This document shows, piece by piece, positions 48,507-57,447 of a stretch of DNA of 64,000 bases; within the stretch, counting starts at the first letter, position 1; every line of letters starts with the position of its first letter. The translations under genes were made by a program, and so were the position numbers. Origin of the DNA: a virus; the IMG/VR virus record IMGVR_UViG_3300008116_000173, positions 1 through 64,000 of that record. The stretch is one strand, 5' to 3'. The notes under the pieces are model-generated. The model did no database searches. It had not been told where the DNA came from and was given only the letters and a program-made list of their open reading frames with translations.

Positions 48507-48914
48507 TTAGTTTTTTTGATAACGATATATATTTTTGTGAGGTACTGGTTTTAACTCACCTAATATGATATCTGGTTTATTTCTTTCAAGAAATATGTTT
48601 ATTACATTAGGTACACTATCAGGATTAATCAGTAATGATACTGTATTATAACCTGGATGTGTAAATTCCATATGACAAAACATATTAGGGTCAACCCAAG
48701 TACTAAATTGATTACTAATTTTAATACCTGCTTGTTTACTATTGAATATGCCATCTATTGTGTATAGTTTAACATACACAGAATCAGTTTCAATTAAATT
48801 ATAATCTAGATATACTTTAAATGATAAAGTTTTATCAGTTAATTTAGGTGAACTGTCCTGTGCATGTAAAACTGACCCTAAAACAATAACCATGGCAGTT
48901 ATTATGTTTTTCAT
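48507..48914 (-). CDS. Secreted protein with carboxypeptidase-regulatory/PEGA-like beta sandwich
   Basis: Signal peptide MKNIITAMVIVLGSVLHA-Q; FTHPGYNT motif. Confidence 0.55.
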   Translation of the reverse strand: MKNIITAMVIVLGSVLHAQDSSPKLTDKTLSFKVYLDYNLIETDSVYVKLYTIDGIFNSKQAGIKISNQFSTWVDPNMFCHMEFTHPGYNTVSLLINPDSVPNVINIFLERNKPDIILGELKPVPHKNIYRYQKN

Positions 48915-49036
48915 ATTTGCACAAATATTCTAATTGCTTGGAATACAAGATATGCAAATGTAAATGTCAATATTGCTACTGTTACACCAAATGTTGCATC
49001 TTCATGTTTAGTGTAGATTTGTTTGATTTTTTTCAT
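48911..49036 (-). CDS. Small single-TM protein, 41 aa (not in ORF track)
   Basis: MKKIKQIYTKHEDATFGVTVAILTFTFAYLVFQAIRIFVQI; ATGA overlap with the next gene. Confidence 0.55.
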   Translation of the reverse strand: MKKIKQIYTKHEDATFGVTVAILTFTFAYLVFQAIRIFVQI

Positions 49037-49042
49037 AGTTTA

Positions 49043-49144
49043 TTATATTATTTTGGTTATAATTATTATCAGTGATGATGATAATATAAAAATGACAGCA
49101 GTAAGACCTATTACTGCTATCATTTTAAGTTGTTGCTTAGACAT
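49043..49144 (-). CDS. Possible small TM peptide, 33 aa
   Basis: MSKQQLKMIAVIGLTAVIFILSSSLIIIITKII fills the gap. Confidence 0.4.
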   Translation of the reverse strand: MSKQQLKMIAVIGLTAVIFILSSSLIIIITKII

Positions 49145-49397
49145 AAGTTTCTATGTACCAAGATTGTACTTGTGGAAATACAGGATGATCTGTATATGCT
49201 TCACTGTTATTAGGGTGAACCATATCAAACCAATAATCACTGTAACCACCCTCCCAAATGTATTGTTGTAACCTATAGGCTGCATTAGGATCTTTATCTA
49301 ATTGTTCTTGCATATCATCAAGAAAATCCATAATAGGTGATTTTAAATTGTTTGATGATTGTACATCAATAGCTGTGTTAATTTGTTGTGTTGTCAT
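49137..49397 (-). CDS. Acidic early hypothetical protein
   Basis: 86-aa ORF with AT-rich leader. Confidence 0.55.
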   Translation of the reverse strand: MTTQQINTAIDVQSSNNLKSPIMDFLDDMQEQLDKDPNAAYRLQQYIWEGGYSDYWFDMVHPNNSEAYTDHPVFPQVQSWYIETYV

Positions 49398-49461
49398 GGT
49401 TATTGTTTTTTAGTTTATGTTAATGAAATATAACATTACGCTATGTAATATTATAATGTGT

Positions 49462-49480
49462 ATGATTATGTATAATTAAT
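49462..49480 (-). promoter_or_regulatory. 19-bp repeated motif, copy 2
   Basis: ATGATTATGTATAATTAAT, intergenic. Confidence 0.45.
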
Positions 49481-49498
49481 GAAAAGTGAAACAGTGGG

Positions 49499-49729
49499 TT
49501 AGAAGACCCACTGCAACACATTAGTACCGTCTGTGTGTAACACAAACTCACCATTCTCATTAACTACAGGTGTAGTACTCTTAGGTTCAAAGTCTGTTAG
49601 TATGTCACCAACAGCATTTCCTGGGTTAGCACACCAAGCAAATGTATAGCCAACGCTATATTTAGATGTTTTAGCACCTACTAACATTGTTTTACCTGTT
49701 TGTGATAATTTAAATACTTTAGCTTCCAT
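49499..49729 (-). CDS. First gene of the leftward (early) block, hypothetical
   Basis: 76 aa, preceded by an A-rich leader typical of Bacteroidota translation starts. Confidence 0.6.
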   Translation of the reverse strand: MEAKVFKLSQTGKTMLVGAKTSKYSVGYTFAWCANPGNAVGDILTDFEPKSTTPVVNENGEFVLHTDGTNVLQWVF

Positions 49730-49840
49730 GATTTTTGTTTTTTAAGGTTTAGGTGGCAGTACTACCCTTCCTGCCAAAGTTTAGTGGGGGTATGTAGTTG
49801 GGGGAGGTCACTAACAACATGCATATAATTTTTCAAAAAA

Positions 49841-50011
49841 ACTAAAGGTAAAGGTCAATGTATTTTAGTAATTGATTATAGTGAGGAGCATGATTTAAAA
49901 TGGGTAGTTATACAGGATGATACAGGTGAGGTATGGGCTTGGCCTAATGATAAGGTTAGGGGTTTTAAGAATGTAACTATGGGTAGAAACAGTGTTAGTA
50001 AAATAAGTTAA
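49841..50011 (+). pseudogene. Start-less or frameshifted small phage gene
   Basis: Open frame TKGKGQCILVIDYSEEHDLKWVVIQDDTGEVWAWPNDKVRGFKNVTMGR...; in-frame TAA at 49826; ATG at 49819 is out of frame by one base across an A7 run. Confidence 0.55.
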
Positions 50012-50018
50012 TTTATAT

Positions 50019-50291
50019 ATGAGCAATGATGAATTTCAAATGAAAGGTTTTTGGGATAAGAAACCTACACAAAGTAAGGTTTTTAAACCTAATGAGATTA
50101 TTGGTTTTTTAATGGTTAATGGCTCTTGGGCTGTTTATTTAAAGGAAGGTGTTAGGCGTAAAAGGTATGTCCAAAACCCTGAGTTTGAAAACTTTACACA
50201 GATTAATCAGGAATTAATTAATTATGAATTATGGCAAAAGTATTATAAGGTTATATTAGGGGTTGATGACTTTAGTCATAACATTGAATAA
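50019..50291 (+). CDS. Hypothetical protein
   Basis: 90-aa ORF. Confidence 0.5.
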   Translation: MSNDEFQMKGFWDKKPTQSKVFKPNEIIGFLMVNGSWAVYLKEGVRRKRYVQNPEFENFTQINQELINYELWQKYYKVILGVDDFSHNIE

Positions 50292-50342
50292 TTTTTTAAT
50301 AATTTATAGCTCATATATCAAAATTTATTGTATATTAATAGT

Positions 50343-50640
50343 ATGGTAAGGGTTAACATTGTTAACATCACCTCTGAGGGCCAAAAGGTAGTTAAGAGGT
50401 CAGACATTGGGTTAGTAGGTATAAATAATACTGAGGTTGTCCCCAATACCTTACAAAAAGGACCTTATAAGGAAAAAGGTAGATAGCTGGAGCACAAGGT
50501 AAAGGTACCCTCCTGAATTAACAGGGTTAAAGCTTCCAGATAGGTTTAAATGACCTAGGGCTAAATACTGATCTACTATAATCCTAAAGGTTAAAATCGC
50601 TTAGTGGTAACATTAAGTCAAAAAAGGCAGTTTCTGCAGG
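50343..50640 (+). ncRNA. Candidate structured noncoding RNA (~300 nt)
   Basis: ORF-free, richer in G/C than its flanks, with about ten nested helices, G-U pairs and a GTAA (GNRA) tetraloop on the + strand. Confidence 0.55.
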
Positions 50641-50702
50641 GGTATGTTTTATCTTAAAAAATATAAGGGATAGTTATATAACATGTGTTATTATATATTA
50701 AA

Positions 50703-50740
50703 TTTGTAAGATATAATAATATATGTTATATTTAACATTA
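50703..50740 (+). promoter_or_regulatory. Candidate late promoter
   Basis: TTTGTAA...TTATATTTAACATTA shared with 58444-58483; resembles the Bacteroidota -33 TTTG / -7 TAnnTTTG layout. Confidence 0.55.
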
Positions 50741-50756
50741 AAAGGGTAAAAGTAAT

Positions 50757-51119
50757 ATGGAATATAAAATACCAGTTAATAGCCAGAATTATTTTAAGGC
50801 TATGCTGACCGTTTTAAATTTTAATTTGAATCTGTCAGAATTGGAAATGGATATACTCTGTGCCATGATGAATAATGGTTTGATAGAGGTAAACATTGAC
50901 ACTAGGGAAATTATTAGGAAGGTGCTTAATAAGGATAAGTTCATGACTAATAATTATATTAAACGATTAAGGAATAAAAATGTACTTTTAGATAAGCCTA
51001 ATGCCAATAGGGTGTATTATATTAATCCAGCTATATTGAACATTATGAATGATATGAAAGTGAGTTTTGAATTTATTATAGCAGATGAAAATAACACAAT
51101 TCAGGATCAGCAAGATTAA
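50757..51119 (+). CDS. Winged-HTH-like protein
   Basis: LSELEMDIL...NNYIKRLRNKNVL...YYINP. Confidence 0.6.
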   Translation: MEYKIPVNSQNYFKAMLTVLNFNLNLSELEMDILCAMMNNGLIEVNIDTREIIRKVLNKDKFMTNNYIKRLRNKNVLLDKPNANRVYYINPAILNIMNDMKVSFEFIIADENNTIQDQQD

Positions 51120-51267
51120 TGAAGAAGACTTTGAAGAAGTACTTAATGAGCTTACAATGGGTTTTAGGAAGTATCGTAATAAAAATGTAGGTTTTAATTA
51201 TACATTGGAGCATGACGATAAGACTATAACTATTAAGTTTGTAGAGTTAGATGAGTCCGTTAATTGA
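51085..51267 (+). CDS. Hypothetical protein
   Basis: 60 aa, overlapping neighbours. Confidence 0.5.
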   Translation: MKITQFRISKINEEDFEEVLNELTMGFRKYRNKNVGFNYTLEHDDKTITIKFVELDESVN

Positions 51268-51505
51268 TGATATATTAAATGAAATGAAAGCTGAATTTGG
51301 GATAACTAAATTTGAGCTTGAAAAAATAATTGACTCCCAGTTTAAGATGCTTGCACAAACTATTGAAAGCAGGGAAGTTAAAGAAGTACATATTAAGAAT
51401 GTAGGTAAATTTAAACCAACAACGTATTTAATAGCTTATAAGGATGGCAGAGTTAAAAGCAAAAATAAAGGAAATAATACAGGGGTGGAAGAATCACCTC
51501 AGTAA
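51251..51505 (+). CDS. HU/IHF-like DNA-binding protein
   Basis: Helical N-terminus followed by VHIKNVGKF. Confidence 0.65.
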   Translation: MSPLIDDILNEMKAEFGITKFELEKIIDSQFKMLAQTIESREVKEVHIKNVGKFKPTTYLIAYKDGRVKSKNKGNNTGVEESPQ

Positions 51506-51734
51506 TCCTTCTGTTGATATAACTAGGTTAGCTGATACAAGGATGCAGTTGTGTGGACGTTGTTCTTTAAACATAGGTAACTTTTGTTCTAAGAATAAGG
51601 AAGGGTATGCTTTAACTAAGTTCATGTATAATGGGGAACAAAGATCCCCAGGTTATAAATACAAAGGGTGTGGTTGTTATTTACCTGCTAAAACCAAATC
51701 ACCAACCTCTTCTTGTCCTTTAGGTAAATGGTGA
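51444..51734 (+). CDS. Cys-rich Zn-binding protein
   Basis: RMQLCGRC...GCGCYLPAKT...CPLGKW. Confidence 0.7.
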   Translation: MAELKAKIKEIIQGWKNHLSNPSVDITRLADTRMQLCGRCSLNIGNFCSKNKEGYALTKFMYNGEQRSPGYKYKGCGCYLPAKTKSPTSSCPLGKW

Positions 51735-51750
51735 TATAAAAGTAAATACT

Positions 51751-52041
51751 ATGAGGTTGCATGAATTTGAAATAATAAGCGATGTTCAGTCAACAACTTC
51801 TAAACCAAAGATATTGACCAAGAACGATAAAATTAAAAAGTTATTTAACCTTGATGAAATAACTGCTGAGGAGTTTATAGATGGTAAGACAGGTAAACAT
51901 GTTAAGAAGTACTGTGTTATACATGATTTAAACAATACAGCATATAAGGTTAATACACCATATGAAACTGTTAAAAATATAATACTTAATAAAACTTTTA
52001 TGGTGCAAGGTTTTGCATCTAAAAGTAAAAATAAAAAATAG
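51751..52041 (+). CDS. Hypothetical protein
   Basis: 96-aa ORF. Confidence 0.55.
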   Translation: MRLHEFEIISDVQSTTSKPKILTKNDKIKKLFNLDEITAEEFIDGKTGKHVKKYCVIHDLNNTAYKVNTPYETVKNIILNKTFMVQGFASKSKNKK

Positions 52042-52043
52042 TT

Positions 52044-52322
52044 GTGAAGATACCTAAGAAATTACAAATACTAGGCAAGACTGTGGTTATACAACAACCA
52101 TGGAGAATTAGTAAGCAAGATCATAGGGGTGAGTTTGATTATATTAAGGGTATTATTAAGGTTAAACGTAGTTTACCTAAAGAAGAAAAAGAAACTATAT
52201 TTTTACATGAATTGACACATGCTGTTTTAGATTATTTAGAATATGATGAGTTGTCAAAAGATGAAAAGTTTGTAGAGCGTTTTTCAAAAGGTTTACATCA
52301 AGCATTAACAACAATGGAATAA
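52044..52322 (+). CDS. Small zincin-like metallopeptidase
   Basis: FLHELTHAVL...DEKFV; GTG start. Confidence 0.8.
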   Translation: MKIPKKLQILGKTVVIQQPWRISKQDHRGEFDYIKGIIKVKRSLPKEEKETIFLHELTHAVLDYLEYDELSKDEKFVERFSKGLHQALTTME

Positions 52323-52323
52323 T

Positions 52324-52554
52324 ATGGAAGAAAATAAAACACTTGAAGAAAAAAACATAATTGAAAAGCATACCTTCGATAAGCAATTTAAACTAAGCGT
52401 AGCTTTAATTGACCTTGAAAATAGGATTAAAGATTTAGACGTTAGAACCAGGGCATTAGAAGAAGCTATGCATTTTTTTGTTCAATGGTATAATGAAAAA
52501 GAAAGAGTAGACATATTGGTGCCAGAGCACTTAAAAGAGTATACGAAAAAATAA
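52324..52554 (+). CDS. Hypothetical coiled-coil protein
   Basis: 76 aa. Confidence 0.5.
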   Translation: MEENKTLEEKNIIEKHTFDKQFKLSVALIDLENRIKDLDVRTRALEEAMHFFVQWYNEKERVDILVPEHLKEYTKK

Positions 52555-52557
52555 TTT

Positions 52558-52878
52558 ATGAGTAAAAAACAGGGCGTAAAAGTAGAAGAAAGTCAAAAAG
52601 GTGTTGTACCCAACCCTAACAAAACCATATCTATGAGTTTATTAGAATCTTATAGAAGGGTATTGTATGAAATAAAGATATTTTTTGACTCTATAGAGTT
52701 TGATAAGATTGAAGAATTAGAACTCAAGATTAAAACCGCTAAGTCTATACTTGATGCTGGCAAAGTATTAGGTGACAATATTAGTTCTTTGGATGTGCTT
52801 GAAGAAAAAGTAAAGCGTGAAGAAAAAGAAAATTCAGTACGCAGAGGTGGTGCTGAAACAAGTATGTTTGAATTGTAA
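52558..52878 (+). CDS. Putative terminase small subunit
   Basis: Helical, ends VRRGGAETSMFE, directly upstream of TerL. Confidence 0.5.
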   Translation: MSKKQGVKVEESQKGVVPNPNKTISMSLLESYRRVLYEIKIFFDSIEFDKIEELELKIKTAKSILDAGKVLGDNISSLDVLEEKVKREEKENSVRRGGAETSMFEL

Positions 52879-52880
52879 AT

Positions 52881-54896
52881 ATGTCATCTAATACACAATA
52901 TGTACCACAGGTAGATAAGTTTGAGAATACCGATGAGTTTAGACAGTTAGCAATACTGTTTGAACAAAAAGGGTATTATACAGATTTACCTAAAGGTACT
53001 CCTCAGTATAAAGAGTTTTGGGTAGAAGAAGATAGGAAATGTAGGTTTGGTGTAACTAATTCAAAAGGGATTAGTATAACAGGTATACATTATTTTTACT
53101 TGAATTATATTCAGATTAAAGCTGAAGATGAATCTACAGGTAGGAAGAAGATGAAGTTCCCAAGATTTTTGGATATTGATTATGATTATTTTCATTTAGT
53201 TGAAGCGTGCAGAAGATTAAAAAAAGGTCTTATATTTTCTAAACCACGACGTACTGGGTTTAGTTATAAGAATGCTGCATTAATGACACATGAATATAAT
53301 TTTTATAGAGATTCTAAATGTGTTATAGGTGCTTATTTAGAACGTTTGTCTACAAACACAATGAACATGGTTTTAGACAATATGAACTTTTTAAATGCCA
53401 ACACAGAATGGCGTAAACAACGTAATCCTGATACAAAGGATTTTGTTAAGTCCAGGTTTGAAGCATCTGTAGATGGTGTTAAAGTGTGGCGTGGTTACAT
53501 GTCTGAAGTAACCAAGTTAACATTTAAAGATAACCCATTTGCATCTGTTGGTTTGAGTGCTAGTGTATTTATATTTGAAGAAGCTGGTACTTTGGTAAAC
53601 CTAAAAGAATCTTATAATATGTCAGAGCCGTGCTGGAAAGATGGTGAGAATATGATAGGTGTACCTATTGTATTTGGTACTGGTGGTGATATGGAAGGTG
53701 GTACAGCAGACTTTGCATACATGTTTAATAACCCAAAACAATATAACTTGTTAGAGTTTACAAATGTGTGGGAAGATGGTAAATCACATACTAGTTGTGG
53801 TTGGTTTATACCAGCTACACGTGGTAGGTTAGGTTTATACAAAAATAAACGCATGGTAGATGTGGATGGTAATTCTGATCAGGAATTAGCATTAGAATCA
53901 ATTATGAGTTTACGTGAAGCTAAAAGATCAGGGCATGATAATAAGGCTTTACAAGATGCTATAACACAGTATCCATTAACACCTAGTGAATCTTTTTTAA
54001 GGAACGCAGGCACAGTATTTTCAAGTATGGAGATGAATGAATGGTTAGCTAAACTTGAAACTACACCTTCTTTAAGGGATGATAAAAAGAAAGTTGAATT
54101 ATACTTTGATACAAATAACAAGCTTAAAGCTAAAATAAACCCAGATCTGCAGGATATTATAAATTATCCTTTGCAGAAGTCAGATAACAAAGAGGGTTGT
54201 GTTGTATTGTATGAGGATCCTGTAGATAACCCACCATTTGGGTTGTATATTGCAGGGTGTGACCCATATGATCAAGATAAAGCACAACACAGTGAATCAT
54301 TAGGTTCATTCTTTGTGTACAAAAGGTTTATGACTAATGCTCATACCTACGATCATATTGTAGCTGAGTATACAGGTAGACCTGAAAGAGCTGATGATTT
54401 TTATGAAACATGCAGACGTTTATGCATATATTACAATGCTAAGTGTTTGTATGAAAACCAGCTTAAAGGTTTAAAAGGTTATTTTGAAATGAAGAACAGC
54501 CTGCATTATTTGTGTGAACAACCACAGATAATTAAGGATATTGTTACTAATTCAAAAGTGAGCAGGGGATATGGTATTCATATGGCTATACAAATTAAAG
54601 ATCAATGTGAATTGTATTTAAAACAATGGTTATATGAAGAACGTGAGGATATAGATGGAAAAAAAATATTAAATTTACATACTATAAAATCTATACCACT
54701 GCTTAAAGAATTAATTACATATGACAGACAAGCTAACACGGATAGAGTTATAGCTTTTATGTTATGTATATTACAATCCAAAGAATTACATAAAATTCAT
54801 TTGGAAGAAACACAACCTAAAACTATTTTAGAAATGGACCCTTTCTTTTCAAAGCGTTTGTTTCAAAAAAATACATACAATAAAATTAAATACTAA
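52881..54896 (+). CDS. terL: Terminase large subunit
   Basis: KPRRTGFSY, FEEAG, FGTGG, AGCDPY, NTDRV; crAss-type. Confidence 0.93.
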   Translation: MSSNTQYVPQVDKFENTDEFRQLAILFEQKGYYTDLPKGTPQYKEFWVEEDRKCRFGVTNSKGISITGIHYFYLNYIQIKAEDESTGRKKMKFPRFLDIDYDYFHLVEACRRLKKGLIFSKPRRTGFSYKNAALMTHEYNFYRDSKCVIGAYLERLSTNTMNMVLDNMNFLNANTEWRKQRNPDTKDFVKSRFEASVDGVKVWRGYMSEVTKLTFKDNPFASVGLSASVFIFEEAGTLVNLKESYNMSEPCWKDGENMIGVPIVFGTGGDMEGGTADFAYMFNNPKQYNLLEFTNVWEDGKSHTSCGWFIPATRGRLGLYKNKRMVDVDGNSDQELALESIMSLREAKRSGHDNKALQDAITQYPLTPSESFLRNAGTVFSSMEMNEWLAKLETTPSLRDDKKKVELYFDTNNKLKAKINPDLQDIINYPLQKSDNKEGCVVLYEDPVDNPPFGLYIAGCDPYDQDKAQHSESLGSFFVYKRFMTNAHTYDHIVAEYTGRPERADDFYETCRRLCIYYNAKCLYENQLKGLKGYFEMKNSLHYLCEQPQIIKDIVTNSKVSRGYGIHMAIQIKDQCELYLKQWLYEEREDIDGKKILNLHTIKSIPLLKELITYDRQANTDRVIAFMLCILQSKELHKIHLEETQPKTILEMDPFFSKRLFQKNTYNKIKY

Positions 54897-54913
54897 CTTA
54901 ATAATAAAGAAAA

Positions 54914-57442
54914 GTGGCTTTACCTATACAAAAGTTACCTTTTAAGAAAAAGGATGATGATTGGAAAAAAGATACTATGGACTACTTTGAACGTATGTCA
55001 TACAGTTCTGTAGCATCTAACCGTACAACCAATTATAATAAAAAAATTAACTATGACCTGTTTAATGGTCGTTTTAACAAAGCTGACTTAGAATATGTTT
55101 GTAATCCTTTAGGGCTTACAGAAAATGAATTCCCAGCTACACTGCAGCATTATGATATTGCATCTCCTTCTCTTAACCTTCTTATAGGTGAAGAAACTAA
55201 AAGGGGTGATAATTTTATAGTAGTTTCAGAAAGTTTAAGCGATATTAATCGTAAACAAGAACAGTTAAAAAATACTATAGTAGCTGCATTACAGCAGAAA
55301 CTAATGGGTGAGATTGATCCAAGTACTATTGATCCTAACAATCCTCCACCCACCCCAGAACAAATTGTTAAATACCAAAAGCATAACATTACAGATCTTA
55401 TAGAGTCACAAGCTAATAAGATACTTAAGTTTTTACGTAAGAATTTAAATACCAAAGAGATATTTAAAAAGGGATGGAAAGATGCTTTAATAGCTGGTGA
55501 AGAAATTTACTGGACAGGTATATCTAATGATGATGTTACACTAAGACGTTGTAACCCATTAAACGTTACTGTAATACTTGATGGTGATACAGATTATGTA
55601 GATGATGCTTTAGCTGTAGTAGAAGTACGTATGTTAGCTCCTGCTAGTATTATTGATGAGTTTGGTAGTGATTTAACACCTGAACAAGTTGAGAAGATTG
55701 AAGCATTATCTAAACGTTTTACATCAGGTTATAACTTAGTTAATAACAGTCCTACATTTACATTAGATAAAACAGCTGGTGTAGTTGATACAGGTTTATC
55801 AAACTTCTCAACAATTAACACTACTGCAGGTGCATTTAATTCTGAATTACTACGTGTAGTACGTGTAGAATGGAAATCATTTAAAAAGCTTTACCATTTG
55901 ACATATTTAGATATGGAAACAGGGTTACCTGTTGAACAAATTGTAGATGAATCTTTTGATATTAAAGTATTTAAAGGTTTTAATGATACTGCTAAGGTTG
56001 AAGAGTTTTGGATTAATGAAGCATGGGAGGGTATTAAGATTGGTGATAGTATTTATGTAAATGTACAACCTAAACCTAATCAACGTAGACGTATGGATAA
56101 CCCATACTATTGTAAATTAGGTTATACAGGTTTAATTTATAATGCTACTAACAGTGTATCAGTATCTCTGTTAGATCGTATTAAACCATATCAATATTTA
56201 TACAACATTATATCTTACAGGTTAGAATTAGCATTTGCTAGTGATCAAGGTAGGATATTCCTTATGGACTTAGCTCAAGTACCTAGGTCTGAAGGTATGG
56301 ATATTGAACGCTGGATGTATTATTTGAAAGCTATGAAGATAGCTTTTATTAACAGCTTTGAAGAAGGTAAAAAAGGTGTAGCTACTGGTAAGTTATCAAA
56401 CTTTAATCAGTTTCAATCTATTGATTTAAGTTTAGCTAATCAAATTAATCAGTATATACAAACTTTAGATTACATTAAATCTCAAGTAGCATTTATCAGT
56501 GGTGTATCACCACAACGTTTAGGTTCTATTAACACAAGTGAACTTGTAGGTAATGTAGAACGTTCAGTAAATCAATCTGCGTTGATTACAGAGTATTTAT
56601 TTGACTCTCATGATGAAGTTAAACGTAGGGTATATATGGCACTTGTAGAATGTGCTAAAATGGCTTATAGGGATGGTAAAAAAGTACAATTTGTACTTGA
56701 TGATATGGGTATAGAATTATTAGATGTACCTGAATTACAACTTGAAAATTCTGAATTTGGTGTTTATATTTCCAATGCTACAAAAGATCAAACAGTTGTT
56801 CAAACGCTTAAACAATTGGCTCAAGCAGCTATTCAGTCTGATAAAGCTGATTTGTCTACTATTATTGACACCATTGTTAATGACAATCCTAGGGACATCA
56901 TTAGGTTGTTACAGAATAATGAGCAGGCTAAACAACAGCGTGATGCACAATCTGCACAGCAACAACAACAAATGCAACAGCAACAGTTAGAAATGCAAAT
57001 GCAGATGAAGCAACAAGAGATGAATCTTAAACAATATGAAGTTGATAGTAATAATCAAACTAAGATTCAGGTTGCTGAGATAAATGCTATGCGTAGTATG
57101 ACAGGTCCTAGTGATGTTAATGAAAACAAAATACCTGATCCTATGGAAGTAGCTAATGCATCATTAAAAGAACGTGAGATAGCATCTAAATCATTTAGTG
57201 AGCAAGCTAAACTAATGCAGGATTCAAATAAACACAATAAACAAATGCAACTTAAAGAAAAAGAGATGCAGATGAAAAAAGATATTGAAGATAAAAAACT
57301 TGAAGCTATTAAAATACAAAATCAAAATCAAATTGAATTAGCTAATAAAAAAGCACAACTTGATAAAGAAATGGCTAATAAAAAACTTGAACTTGAAAAA
57401 TTAAAAATAAAAGCATCAAATAATAATAAAACTAAAAAATAA
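54914..57442 (+). CDS. Portal protein
   Basis: 842 aa after TerL; LPIQKLP start, GVSPQRLG, Gln-rich coiled-coil C-terminus. Confidence 0.9.
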   Translation: MALPIQKLPFKKKDDDWKKDTMDYFERMSYSSVASNRTTNYNKKINYDLFNGRFNKADLEYVCNPLGLTENEFPATLQHYDIASPSLNLLIGEETKRGDNFIVVSESLSDINRKQEQLKNTIVAALQQKLMGEIDPSTIDPNNPPPTPEQIVKYQKHNITDLIESQANKILKFLRKNLNTKEIFKKGWKDALIAGEEIYWTGISNDDVTLRRCNPLNVTVILDGDTDYVDDALAVVEVRMLAPASIIDEFGSDLTPEQVEKIEALSKRFTSGYNLVNNSPTFTLDKTAGVVDTGLSNFSTINTTAGAFNSELLRVVRVEWKSFKKLYHLTYLDMETGLPVEQIVDESFDIKVFKGFNDTAKVEEFWINEAWEGIKIGDSIYVNVQPKPNQRRRMDNPYYCKLGYTGLIYNATNSVSVSLLDRIKPYQYLYNIISYRLELAFASDQGRIFLMDLAQVPRSEGMDIERWMYYLKAMKIAFINSFEEGKKGVATGKLSNFNQFQSIDLSLANQINQYIQTLDYIKSQVAFISGVSPQRLGSINTSELVGNVERSVNQSALITEYLFDSHDEVKRRVYMALVECAKMAYRDGKKVQFVLDDMGIELLDVPELQLENSEFGVYISNATKDQTVVQTLKQLAQAAIQSDKADLSTIIDTIVNDNPRDIIRLLQNNEQAKQQRDAQSAQQQQQMQQQQLEMQMQMKQQEMNLKQYEVDSNNQTKIQVAEINAMRSMTGPSDVNENKIPDPMEVANASLKEREIASKSFSEQAKLMQDSNKHNKQMQLKEKEMQMKKDIEDKKLEAIKIQNQNQIELANKKAQLDKEMANKKLELEKLKIKASNNNKTKK

Positions 57443-57447
57443 AAACA

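Noticed and set aside
56930-57020. CAA/CAG repeats in the portal gene
   Set aside because: They encode an ordinary Gln-rich coiled coil.
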